Source of the DNA: a virus
Virus record (IMG/VR): IMGVR_UViG_3300012983_003032
DNA length: 64,000 nucleotides
Strand: one strand, 5' to 3'
The position numbers and the translations under genes are program-made. Below the pieces are notes generated by a model. It was given only the letters and a program-made list of their open reading frames with translations, did not search any database and was not told the origin of the DNA. Positions 1 through 8,700 of this stretch are shown here, piece after piece. The stretch's first letter is position 1. Every line of letters begins with the position of its first letter.

Positions 1-292
1 CTTTTGCAATACAATCTCCAATAAAATATCCATAATGTTTTGCTAAAAGGAACTTTGACCATTCCTCTGGGATATCTTTTTCCTTGATTAAATTGAGCAT
101 ATCTGCCATAAGACCATGTGCTGCAATTTCATCGTCTGTCCAAACAGTGCCATCTTTCTTTTCATCCTCAGGTTTTTCGTATGTATACTCACCTTCAACT
201 TCCTTAAAATAAACACCTACTGCAAGTGTTCCAGCACCAGGACCATATGGTACAATACCATATCCTACTTTTTCAATTTCAAGTTTTGCCAT
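1..292 (-). CDS. hypothetical protein, truncated by window edge (N-terminus at 292, continues past coordinate 1)
   Basis: Minus-strand ATG at 292-290 preceded by GAGAGGA SD-like sequence. Reading frame stays open to the window edge (MAKLEIEKVGYGIVPYGPGAG...). Not in ORF table because it lacks a stop within the window. Confidence 0.4.
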   Translation of the reverse strand, partial: MAKLEIEKVGYGIVPYGPGAGTLAVGVYFKEVEGEYTYEKPEDEKKDGTVWTDDEIAAHGLMADMLNLIKEKDIPEEWSKFLLAKHYGYFIGDCIAK

Positions 293-308
293 TGTTTAAA
301 GTTCCTCT

Positions 309-806
309 CTATTTTAATTTTAATTTTTCTGTATCAATCTGTTCTTTTATATACTCAAGATACATATTATAATTCTTTTCTGTTAATACTTTATCCTCTG
401 GTAAAGAAAGTGGAATTAATTCCTGCATTTCTTCACCTTTAACATTTACAATCATCGCGGTACCCGATAATGTAGATATTGAAGGATTAAGACCAATAGA
501 TTTACAATAGTTCATAATATCATTAAAGAACTTCTCTTGAAGTAATAATGATTTTGAGTCATTTGACTTTGTAAGGTTAAGATTCTTGGAGCTTAAAGAA
601 TCTACTACAATAGGTTCTCTAATGATACTTTGACTAACACCAGCACATCCACTTAATATAAGTAGAAGTACTGAAATTCCTAACATAACAAAATCAATAG
701 TAATATTACTAGACTTATCTATAAGTAATACTACTGATGAGACTCCAATTATAATTGTAACTTGACTTAAAATACTACTAAGAAACAGTAATATCTTTTG
801 CTTCAT
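309..806 (-). CDS. small membrane protein (two N-terminal hydrophobic helices)
   Basis: 165-aa ORF; residues ~5-60 are two long hydrophobic stretches, remainder polar. No recognised motif. Confidence 0.45.
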   Translation of the reverse strand: MKQKILLFLSSILSQVTIIIGVSSVVLLIDKSSNITIDFVMLGISVLLLILSGCAGVSQSIIREPIVVDSLSSKNLNLTKSNDSKSLLLQEKFFNDIMNYCKSIGLNPSISTLSGTAMIVNVKGEEMQELIPLSLPEDKVLTEKNYNMYLEYIKEQIDTEKLKLK

Positions 807-866
807 ATTGAAGACACACCTCCATATTTTTGTATTAAATTAGTTATTATACAGAAATCCTAAAAA

Positions 867-1115
867 TTAACGAATTTCTGCCCAATAGTAATGTCCACCA
901 GAACAGTGGTATTTCGCATAGACTTTATCACCTTTCTTCTTATAAGGTGTATTGGTTCTCCACGCAACCTGAACTTGTACGGTAGAATCTCCAGCTTTTA
1001 CAGCCTCAACACACTTAGCACATTTTACAGAATATCCATAATGGATATACTCACCCGCAAAAACGCTAAACATAATAGCAATTAAAATAATTGTAATAAT
1101 ACTTCTCTTCTTCAT
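867..1115 (-). CDS. small secreted/membrane-anchored Cys-containing protein
   Basis: 82-aa ORF with N-terminal signal-like hydrophobic segment (MKKRSIITIILIAIMFSVFA) and Cys pairs (CAKC ... HCSGGH). Confidence 0.4.
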   Translation of the reverse strand: MKKRSIITIILIAIMFSVFAGEYIHYGYSVKCAKCVEAVKAGDSTVQVQVAWRTNTPYKKKGDKVYAKYHCSGGHYYWAEIR

Positions 1116-1121
1116 ATTTAT

Positions 1122-3230
1122 TTAGTCCCAAATTTCTCCACCATTACTATTAAATATCTTTTTCCACATTTCATTATCAATGTAGTCTTTATTCATTAAA
1201 GTATTTAATATTGCACCTTTTGCTGCAAGGTTATCCAATTGTAAATTATCAATACTATTTTTATAACACATAAAATAATATCTAACCGTATTTTTCTGAC
1301 CATAACGCCAAGTACGGCGTCTACTCTGTTCATAATAATTGTAGTTAAAAGTTCTTTCAATATAGATATTAAAAGTACATTCTGTAATAGTAACAGAAGT
1401 ATTCATAATATTTATACTTGCAATAATAATCTTTTTATTAGGGTCAGCTTGAAACTCCTTAATAACTCTATTCATATCTTGAGGTTTCATTCCAGCCTCT
1501 ACTACAACAGGATTATATTGTTTTAACTCTTTAACAAGAACTTCTTTTGTTGCAGGGTGATTGTACCATACAATACCTCTTTCTTTATTATCATTAACCC
1601 TGTCAATTAAAATATCTTTAGTAATCCTTAATTTATAACTATCTTTAGTATAGTCATATTCTCTTATTTTGTCCTGCAATTCTGTAGGAAACTTGTCAAA
1701 AGAAGGAGTTTTTAAAATACAACTTGGATTATCAACTGCAAGTTGGAAAATACCAAACATATTTAATATTTCGTCTTTAGTATTCTTTGTACCAAGTTGT
1801 TTCTTATTCTGTACCATTCTTAATTGTTCTTTAACAAATCCCTCATATATTTCTCTTTGAATAGGGTCCATATCTATATGAATAGTAGGTACATCATAGT
1901 CTAATGGTAACTCCAAACATTCCCTTGCCAAACGTTTTGTACCATAAGTCCTTAATAAGACTTGGTTTAATTTTGCAATTTTCTCCATATTCCAATTATC
2001 AGGGTTTATTGCATTTTCATTGAAACTAGTACCTAACGCACCAAATGATTTTATCCAGTTTGTATATGGTCTACCTTGAATAAGTTGTTTATCCAATATG
2101 TACAAAGGTGCATATAATTTTTCATATTTATCTGCTAATGTACCAGTAAATAAATATCTAAAGTCAAAAAAGGGTAAATTTATCTTAAAGTATTGAAATC
2201 TAACAGACCTTGGGTCTGCCAAACTATGACATTCATCTAGGAATATACCCATATTTTTTCCATTTGACCATTTTTCCCAATCTATATATGACTTACCAAT
2301 ACCGTCTTTTAATTTTCTGGAAGGGTGCATTCCTTCTTTTAATGAGGATAAGTTCTTTTTCTTTATTATTACTTCTCTATCAATTTTAAGAAAGTCATTT
2401 AATATTTTTGTTTTAGTTTTATAATCTGGTGCAGAAGTATATTTAGGGTCTTTTCTATAAAATTCTCTCTTTCCTGCAAGAAAATCTTTTAAATCTTTTT
2501 CTGCTAATTCAATTTTCTTAGGTAGTCTCTTAGGGGCATTTACTATATCATAATAATAGTCATTGACACTTACAAAAGTGTCATATGGCATAATTATAAT
2601 TCTATATGGATACTTTTCTATATTAAAGATATCTCTATCCTCAGTTTCAGTAATAGAGTTAATTACATATATATCCTCGTGTTTTATAAGTTTTCCGTGT
2701 TTACATAACTCGTCTTTTAGATTATATACACCTGCTCTGGTCGAGAATATGATACATTTATCAATAAAATTATAAAACCATAAGTTTGATATCAATGATG
2801 TAAGTGCATATGACTTCCCAAGACCCATATCCCAATTGAATAAAAATCTATTTAAATTTATAGCTCTTGCAATATCTTGTTTCTGATAATTTTCATTAGG
2901 GTGGATTCCTAATAGTGGTGGATAATTTAGCAAGTCCCATTTAGGGATTACTCTAAATGGGGCAGATTTTAATTCTTTTAAAGACTCAAAATATCCCGCA
3001 ACTTGTCTTCTTGTAAGTTCAGAAATCTCTATAGGAATATTATCAACTGCCAAGTCGTCAATAATAGAGTCAAGGTCTGCGGGTAGAGCATTAAAACATT
3101 TTGTGGTTTTATTAAAAGTACACCCACTTAAAAAAAGACGTTCATTAGCTTCCTGAAATTCTTCAGGAGAGTAAGACCTATTCTTAAGGCAAAGTTTTGA
3201 GTGGGCAGCGTCAAACGTAATTTCAACCAT
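1122..3230 (-). CDS. SNF2/Rad54-family DNA-dependent ATPase/helicase
   Basis: 702 aa. Walker A-like DMGLGKSY, DExH box LDECHSLADP, and helicase motif VI QSRRRTWRYGQ typical of SNF2 ATPases. Confidence 0.85.
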   Translation of the reverse strand: MVEITFDAAHSKLCLKNRSYSPEEFQEANERLFLSGCTFNKTTKCFNALPADLDSIIDDLAVDNIPIEISELTRRQVAGYFESLKELKSAPFRVIPKWDLLNYPPLLGIHPNENYQKQDIARAINLNRFLFNWDMGLGKSYALTSLISNLWFYNFIDKCIIFSTRAGVYNLKDELCKHGKLIKHEDIYVINSITETEDRDIFNIEKYPYRIIIMPYDTFVSVNDYYYDIVNAPKRLPKKIELAEKDLKDFLAGKREFYRKDPKYTSAPDYKTKTKILNDFLKIDREVIIKKKNLSSLKEGMHPSRKLKDGIGKSYIDWEKWSNGKNMGIFLDECHSLADPRSVRFQYFKINLPFFDFRYLFTGTLADKYEKLYAPLYILDKQLIQGRPYTNWIKSFGALGTSFNENAINPDNWNMEKIAKLNQVLLRTYGTKRLARECLELPLDYDVPTIHIDMDPIQREIYEGFVKEQLRMVQNKKQLGTKNTKDEILNMFGIFQLAVDNPSCILKTPSFDKFPTELQDKIREYDYTKDSYKLRITKDILIDRVNDNKERGIVWYNHPATKEVLVKELKQYNPVVVEAGMKPQDMNRVIKEFQADPNKKIIIASINIMNTSVTITECTFNIYIERTFNYNYYEQSRRRTWRYGQKNTVRYYFMCYKNSIDNLQLDNLAAKGAILNTLMNKDYIDNEMWKKIFNSNGGEIWD

Positions 3231-3264
3231 AATATATTATATTAACGTCAAGAAATACTATAAT

Positions 3265-3858
3265 TTAGTGTAGTGACTTTAAGATTTTCTTGAAATCTAA
3301 TATCTTCATTTCATTAGCGTCTAAACAAACGTTAATGTACTTAGAAGTGTCAATATTCTTTGTTGGCCACTTCTCAAGGTCTACAGGTAATTCAGTAATT
3401 CCGTTTTTTCTTGCTGCCTTGAGATTCATTTCATAGTTTTCCATATCAACTTTAAAATACTTTTCGTCCACATTTGTATTATGTGTATGTCCGTGAATAT
3501 TTACAAAGTTTGAGTCTGTAACCATATAAACAGGTTCGTGAGATAAAATAATGTTTTCGTCAAATAATATCGGTTTGTTATAAACATAGTCAAAACCTAA
3601 CTTTTCAAAAAAGTCGCAAATGTTTTTACTATGAGTATGTTTTCTAACCATACGAAAAACGTCTTTATCATGGTTACCAATTACATAACAAAGTGTTCTA
3701 TTTTTACCCTTCATACGAGATACTATGCCTTTGAGAAGACTAAATGCGTTTGGATTAGTAGTGATAAGTCTACTAAATGCAAAATCCCCCAAGTTCCAAA
3801 CTACAGTATCTGGTGTATCTGGCAATTTATCAAACTCTTTTAAGATATCCTCGTTCAT
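3265..3858 (-). CDS. calcineurin-like metallophosphoesterase
   Basis: Motifs NLGDFAF (GD), GNHD, SHEP and HGHTH in canonical order. The first D-x-H motif lies upstream, beyond an in-frame TGA (see next feature). Confidence 0.75.
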   Translation of the reverse strand: MNEDILKEFDKLPDTPDTVVWNLGDFAFSRLITTNPNAFSLLKGIVSRMKGKNRTLCYVIGNHDKDVFRMVRKHTHSKNICDFFEKLGFDYVYNKPILFDENIILSHEPVYMVTDSNFVNIHGHTHNTNVDEKYFKVDMENYEMNLKAARKNGITELPVDLEKWPTKNIDTSKYINVCLDANEMKILDFKKILKSLH

Positions 3859-3987
3859 TTTAAAAATATCTTCTTCACTTTCCCAATTATAATTTCGGTC
3901 GCAATATTTAATTATATTACCGTGGAAAAAATGAAGTCAAAGGTCAGAAGTTATAAACATCTTATTTGCATTAAAAATATCTAACAT
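3859..3987 (-). other. in-frame upstream extension of the metallophosphoesterase, interrupted by a TGA stop (MLDIFNANKMFITSDL*LHFFHGNIIKYCDRNYNWESEEDIFK)
   Basis: Reverse-complement of 3859-3987 reads in the same frame as the downstream CDS. It contains the missing phosphoesterase motif I (SDL.LH..HGN) split by TGA at 3937-3939. Confidence 0.4.
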
Positions 3988-4029
3988 CTGACAATCCTCC
4001 TTACGGTATAGTATTATACCGATTTTAAG

Positions 4030-5181
4030 TTAATTTTTCAATACAACAGGTTCTTCCTTAAAGAAAAAGTTTTTAGGAACTAAATCTGTTATAAATCCAG
4101 TCTGTCTGGTCGACTGGCAGAACCAACCACCACCTTTAAATACATATAATTTCCAACTCTTTTTCATTGCTAAGTCTGCATTAACTTTCATTTTTATTAA
4201 AACTTTTCCTGAACCATATTTATATTTAATACCTTTTAAATCACACCAAGACGCTACTGTTTCTGCAATTTTTGAGTTGGTTAATTGTTTTTTATTACAA
4301 GACCATTTTGCCTTATCTAACTCATATGTGGCTAATGCCGCCCACTCTTGTAGTTTTTCTTTAATAGTACATAATTGACCATTAATATATATTACAGGAT
4401 TATCCATATAGTCTTCATAGTTATCAATAATATATTGTAGCATTATTACTCTAAGTCGTTTAAGGTGGTAGTATAATTGTGTATCTGAAACGGCTTTTTC
4501 AGTAATAAATTTTCTGACTCTTTCCTTACATTCAACATATGAAAAACTGCCCTCAAAAGTAACATCCCATAATGACATCATTTCAATATTTTCCATTGCT
4601 GATTTACAGCAATTGGAAAGAGTTTTTTTCTTTAATTTTAGTAACTGTTTCTGCTTATAAGCCTCCTGTTCGTAGAAAGGCTTATCTTCATATGCTAATG
4701 TAGAATCAAAATCTGGGATAAGGTCTAATGACTTTCCATATAAGAAGTCCTGTCCTTTATCAGACATTATAAATTTTACATACCTTTGATAGAGCATTTG
4801 AAGTTTATTAAGATTTTGTTTTAAGGTTTTTGTTTTATTTGACCAAGCTTTAACCAAAAAATACATTATTGGGGTAATATCCTCAACTGACGCATTGTAT
4901 ATTTTGGCAAAATCCTTATCCCTATTAAGAAATCCGATAACTTCGGAGTCTAGTATAGAAACACTCTGTCCTGTTAGAGGGTAAGAAGATAACCATTGAA
5001 TAAATAAATCTTGATTATTAAGAAAAATTTCCGAAGCACCTGGAACTTTTTCTATCATACTATTATATATGTACCTACTTGCATATTCATCGTTCTGTGA
5101 AATTGTATTAAAAATAAGATACTCTTTCTCTGTAAGAGTAGGTAGTATAGAAACGTAATCATATTTTGTCATATATAACAT
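4030..5181 (-). CDS. hypothetical protein (383 aa)
   Basis: Long intact ORF, coding-like composition, no recognised motif. Confidence 0.55.
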   Translation of the reverse strand: MLYMTKYDYVSILPTLTEKEYLIFNTISQNDEYASRYIYNSMIEKVPGASEIFLNNQDLFIQWLSSYPLTGQSVSILDSEVIGFLNRDKDFAKIYNASVEDITPIMYFLVKAWSNKTKTLKQNLNKLQMLYQRYVKFIMSDKGQDFLYGKSLDLIPDFDSTLAYEDKPFYEQEAYKQKQLLKLKKKTLSNCCKSAMENIEMMSLWDVTFEGSFSYVECKERVRKFITEKAVSDTQLYYHLKRLRVIMLQYIIDNYEDYMDNPVIYINGQLCTIKEKLQEWAALATYELDKAKWSCNKKQLTNSKIAETVASWCDLKGIKYKYGSGKVLIKMKVNADLAMKKSWKLYVFKGGGWFCQSTRQTGFITDLVPKNFFFKEEPVVLKN

Positions 5182-5221
5182 ATTAACAAATTAGCTATGT
5201 TTAATTTTTGTGAAAATATAA

Positions 5222-5440
5222 TTATGATATAGTATAATTTATAGAAACTTTTTTGATTTCACCTCTACATAATTCTTTTTGTTTATTTGTGGCTTGCCAT
5301 TTCATACCTACACAGTGTTGGTCAAAATTATAAGGGAATGGTTTCCAAGCATTTTGAAAAAAATCCCAACAATGTTCCATATTATTGAGTTTTGAAATAA
5401 TACAATAACCCTCAAAATTACCTTTCAAAATTGCCTCCAT
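5222..5440 (-). CDS. hypothetical small protein (72 aa)
   Basis: ORF only. Contains Cys/His/Trp-rich stretch (CWDFFQNAWKPFPYNFDQHC). Confidence 0.3.
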   Translation of the reverse strand: MEAILKGNFEGYCIISKLNNMEHCWDFFQNAWKPFPYNFDQHCVGMKWQATNKQKELCRGEIKKVSINYTIS

Positions 5441-5570
5441 TTTTCTATATATTAATTAATATTAATATATTAATATATCTTTTAGATTACATTAATGTTA
5501 TAATTGAACTTTTGCAAAAATTCGGTTTTTAAGGTGAAATTCTTAAAAATTTAAAGTTAATATATATCTT
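5441..5570. promoter_or_regulatory. divergent intergenic region with AT palindromes and sigma70-like -10 (TATAAT at ~5502)
   Basis: tatattaattaatattaatatattaatatat is internally symmetric (TATATTAAT / ATTAATATA). ttagat..N11..tataat lies ~60 nt upstream of the + strand gene. Confidence 0.3.
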
Positions 5571-5912
5571 ATGAAATCAAAAGAAAGAAAATTATACAAA
5601 GAACAATTAAAACTTTATGAAAGTTTAACTATGGTAGGAGAATGTAAGTGTGGAGGCACATTAACAGTTCTTTTAGACTCAAAGCCTGAAAATAGGTTTA
5701 ATGTATATTGTGGAGGACCAATACATTGTAACTCTATTTCAGATATTAGGTTTCCTAAGGCAGGAGACGAATATTTTGTAGAAAATGGAGAGTCACCAGT
5801 TGCAATGCTATGTAGACTTTATAAGGAAAAGAAGAGTGTTAATATTTCTGATGAAGAAATTGAAAATACACCTATTTCACCTATTGTGAATAAGGAACAC
5901 GGAGACTTGTAA
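5571..5912 (+). CDS. zinc-ribbon-like Cys-rich protein (113 aa)
   Basis: CKCGG ... CGGPIHC ... C pattern. ORF sits immediately upstream of, and is translationally coupled to, the nuclease gene. Confidence 0.5.
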   Translation: MKSKERKLYKEQLKLYESLTMVGECKCGGTLTVLLDSKPENRFNVYCGGPIHCNSISDIRFPKAGDEYFVENGESPVAMLCRLYKEKKSVNISDEEIENTPISPIVNKEHGDL

Positions 5913-5914
5913 CT

Positions 5915-6823
5915 ATGGCAAATGGAAATTGGTCGGCAAGTAGAATTTCTACATTCAATGCTTGTCCTCTTAAATATTATTATACATATGTAAAAAAGTG
6001 GGTTAGTTCTGTACCAGCAGATAATACTGCTGCAAATAAAGGTTTAGCATTTCATGAAACTGTAGAAAATTACACTACTGGTATGGATAGAGACTCTGTT
6101 CACAAAATAATTGAGAGTAAAATACAGGAGTATCACGTTGATACTAATGAGTATGACGAGTTTGGTGCCCTTGAAAGATTTTACCTATTTTGGGACGAAT
6201 ATATTGCACCTAGGGAAAAAGAGGGATTTGTTGTCAAACAAGAGTCTTGGGCTTCAAATAAAGAAGAGTCTACAAAGTTTAGTGCTAATCCTAAACTCTT
6301 AGACGGACCTCTTAATGAACCTTTTGTTGGTGCATTGGACTTATTTTTGGAAAATCCAACTACTGGAGAATATATTATTTTTGACTATAAATCAGGAAAG
6401 TCACCTGTAGCAACAAAATATCGTCCTCAGTTAATTTTGTATGCTTACCTTATTGGTCTTAATAAGGGGTATACTCTTGCACAGATGGCTGAAAAATGTA
6501 AATTATTTGTATTTTTTCCATTAGCAAAGACTGAGGATATTGATAAACTTATTGACCCTAAGGATAAAATGTTTGCTTCTGTAAAGGCATTACGTCTTAC
6601 AGAAAAAGATATTGAAAATACTATTAACGACTATAAGAAAACAATAGAAAATATCCATAATATGGATTGGGAAAATCTAGACGCTAATAAGTTGGCAACT
6701 TCAAATTTTTTATGTCAGTGGTGTGACTATTGTGGTTCCAGACCAAATCGTGGTGGATTTATGGGTTGTCCTGCTTCAAAGGATTTTATGACAAATAACG
6801 CTATTTTTACACTTAAGAGCTAA
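5915..6823 (+). CDS. Cas4-like / RecB-family PD-(D/E)XK nuclease with C-terminal Cys cluster
   Basis: N-terminal SASRISTFNACPLKYYY (Cas4/DUF83 signature with first Cys), IIFDYKSGK (D-x-K active-site motif) and QLILYAY (QxxxY). C-terminal CQWCDYC...C cysteines are consistent with a Fe-S cluster. Confidence 0.75.
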   Translation: MANGNWSASRISTFNACPLKYYYTYVKKWVSSVPADNTAANKGLAFHETVENYTTGMDRDSVHKIIESKIQEYHVDTNEYDEFGALERFYLFWDEYIAPREKEGFVVKQESWASNKEESTKFSANPKLLDGPLNEPFVGALDLFLENPTTGEYIIFDYKSGKSPVATKYRPQLILYAYLIGLNKGYTLAQMAEKCKLFVFFPLAKTEDIDKLIDPKDKMFASVKALRLTEKDIENTINDYKKTIENIHNMDWENLDANKLATSNFLCQWCDYCGSRPNRGGFMGCPASKDFMTNNAIFTLKS

Positions 6824-6829
6824 TTATAT

Positions 6830-7045
6830 ATGGCAGAAATTTCTATTGAAGAATATATGGAAAATACAAAACAATTGTCAGAAAAAGCAGTTGTTTTAGA
6901 CAATTTGTTATCTATATTAGACTCGTCAGATGGTCGTATTAGAGATATTAATTGGGTTGAAAATATTAGGGATATGTTAAACTCCTTAAAAGAAGAAGTA
7001 ACTGAGTTATTAGTGAAAAATGCAAAGGACTTCATAAACCCCTAA
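6830..7045 (+). CDS. hypothetical small acidic protein (71 aa)
   Basis: ORF follows the nuclease stop by 6 nt; helical, acidic. Confidence 0.35.
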   Translation: MAEISIEEYMENTKQLSEKAVVLDNLLSILDSSDGRIRDINWVENIRDMLNSLKEEVTELLVKNAKDFINP

Positions 7046-7059
7046 GTGAAAAATGTTAT

Positions 7060-7312
7060 TTTGAGTAATATGGTGTTCCACTACCAAGTTTGTTGAAGAC
7101 CTAGAGTCCAGTAAATAAAACGTTAAGAAACGAGGAAGATTATTCACAGGAACCGTAAAAGGTACGGGTGAAGTGGGGAACCCGCTTCCCGTTAGTACTG
7201 TGTCAGCATGAAGATAAAAGGACGCTTTTATTCTTACTGTAAGGCTGTAAGAAAGTAGGTGCTACCGACTACTTTAAGTTTTCTAGGAACATCGGGCATT
7301 TGTTTTATTTTG
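7060..7312 (+). ncRNA. GC-enriched structured non-coding region (candidate phage sRNA), function unknown
   Basis: No ORF of 60 aa or more on either strand. Local GC is clearly above the ~30% background. Several perfect hairpins: ccgta-aaagg-tacgg; cgggtgaag...cttcccg; ttcttac-N9-gtaagaa; agtag-N9-ctact. Followed by an intrinsic terminator. Confidence 0.3.
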
Positions 7313-7359
7313 CCTCTCTAAAAAACAGGTAATGCTGAATTAGAGAGGATTTTTCTTTT
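7313..7359 (+). terminator. rho-independent terminator (cctctcta-N20-tagagagg + attttTctttt)
   Basis: 8-bp perfect stem followed by T-run. Confidence 0.6.
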
Positions 7360-7381
7360 AAATACTTAATACTAAATATAT

Positions 7382-7597
7382 ATGACAATAGTACATAAAT
7401 CAGAAGAAATAATAAATGAAATAGTTAATAAGAATAATAATATTATTATTATAAATAATAACATCAACAATTGTAATGCTTGTAATTACTGTAATACTTG
7501 TAATAGTATTAATTCTTGTGATACTTGTAACGCTTGTAATAGTTGTCAAAGTGGATATAATCAGAATGACTTTGTACAAGACATAAAAGTTGTTTAA
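7382..7597 (+). CDS. questionable ORF encoding Asn/Cys repeat peptide (CNACNYCNTCNS...CDTCNACNSC)
   Basis: Coding potential arises from a 9-bp DNA tandem repeat. An equally repetitive ORF exists antisense (7400..7624). SD absent. Confidence 0.25.
   Translation: MTIVHKSEEIINEIVNKNNNIIIINNNINNCNACNYCNTCNSINSCDTCNACNSCQSGYNQNDFVQDIKVV
7472..7552. repeat. 9-bp tandem repeat, 9 units (tgtaatNNt consensus)
   Basis: tgtaatgct tgtaattac tgtaatact tgtaatagt attaattct tgtgatact tgtaacgct tgtaatagt tgtcaaagt. Confidence 0.8.
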
Positions 7598-7608
7598 GAT
7601 AGGAATAT

Positions 7609-8580
7609 ATGAAAAAATTAACAATTATAAGTTTGTTTTGTGATAAGGACTTTCAATTTTTACCTTCTTTATTAGATAATATAGATAAAAAAGTTATTTG
7701 TGATTTTGAACTAATTTTAGTTGATAATAGAGAAGAGTTTAAAAATACAGAAATACCCGCAATATCTATTTTTCAGAAATATCATTCTTGTAAAGTTTTA
7801 TCAAAAGGTTATAATTTATGTCAATTATTCTCAAAAAAGTATGCTTTAAGTTATGCAGTAGGTGAATATGTTTGGTTTATAGACGGAGATGACGAAATAG
7901 AGGACACAGTCTCTAATATAATTTTAAACATATGTGAAAGTGATATAATAGTATATAATTATAGATGTAATTTTAGTAAAGATGAAATATGTTATGAAGA
8001 AATAAGTAATAATTATCAAGTCTTAAAAAACTTGAATAGTTTTAGAAATAATGATTACTTAAAAAAAGTTACTCCAACTTGTTGGAATAAATGGTTTAAA
8101 AAAAGTTTATTAGATAGTGTATTTACTACTATACCAGATAATATAAAAGTTTCTTGTAATGAAGATGTATTTATTTGTAGTGCATCCCTAAATAGAGCAA
8201 ACTCAATCCAAGAAATACCTTTTTACGTTTATTGTAACTTTGCGTATAGAGGCATATCTAATAATAAATATATAGACTCTTTGGAAAAATTTAAAATAAT
8301 TTTTACAGGGTGGGAAGAGTCAATGAAACTTTTTAAAAAAGAGTTTCCGAATGATTGTGCATTGTTTAGTTATATGTCTAAAAGAAATAATGATATCTTA
8401 TATTTTTTACGTAGAGTTAAAGCGTCTTCTAAAGAATTATGGTCAGAAGAATTGGATTTTTTAAATAAAGTATTTAACTCTACTGAACTAATAGAGGCTA
8501 GTCATAAAATTAAAGATATAGTATTGCAAAGTTTTATAAAAAAATATTTTTCTGAAAATCTATATATTGATAAATATTGA
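7609..8580 (+). CDS. GT-A fold glycosyltransferase (family 2-like)
   Basis: N-terminal IISLFCDKD...ELILVDNREEF and DxD-type motif YVWFIDGDDEIE in the position expected for GT2 enzymes. Confidence 0.55.
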   Translation: MKKLTIISLFCDKDFQFLPSLLDNIDKKVICDFELILVDNREEFKNTEIPAISIFQKYHSCKVLSKGYNLCQLFSKKYALSYAVGEYVWFIDGDDEIEDTVSNIILNICESDIIVYNYRCNFSKDEICYEEISNNYQVLKNLNSFRNNDYLKKVTPTCWNKWFKKSLLDSVFTTIPDNIKVSCNEDVFICSASLNRANSIQEIPFYVYCNFAYRGISNNKYIDSLEKFKIIFTGWEESMKLFKKEFPNDCALFSYMSKRNNDILYFLRRVKASSKELWSEELDFLNKVFNSTELIEASHKIKDIVLQSFIKKYFSENLYIDKY

Positions 8581-8700
8581 AGCTATGCTTGGCTAAAGAC
8601 CAAGCATATTCCCTAACATTTTAGCGTGTTAGGAGATTGTTTCGTGCATTACCCTTAACTCGCATCTGCGAGTGCCAGATTAGCCAACAATGAAGTTGAC
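8581..8700 (-). ncRNA. putative omegaRNA (reRNA) scaffold overlapping tnpB 3' end and right-end hairpins
   Basis: By analogy with characterised TnpB systems, the guide RNA derives from the tnpB 3' end plus RE. Two hairpins are present at 8585-8633. Not verified. Confidence 0.3.

Noticed and set aside
116-442. 108-aa plus-strand ORF
   Set aside because: Overlaps better-supported minus-strand genes; hydrophobic low-complexity translation; no SD.
7472-7552. CRISPR array
   Set aside because: Period is only 9 bp, with no unique spacers; it is a simple tandem repeat.
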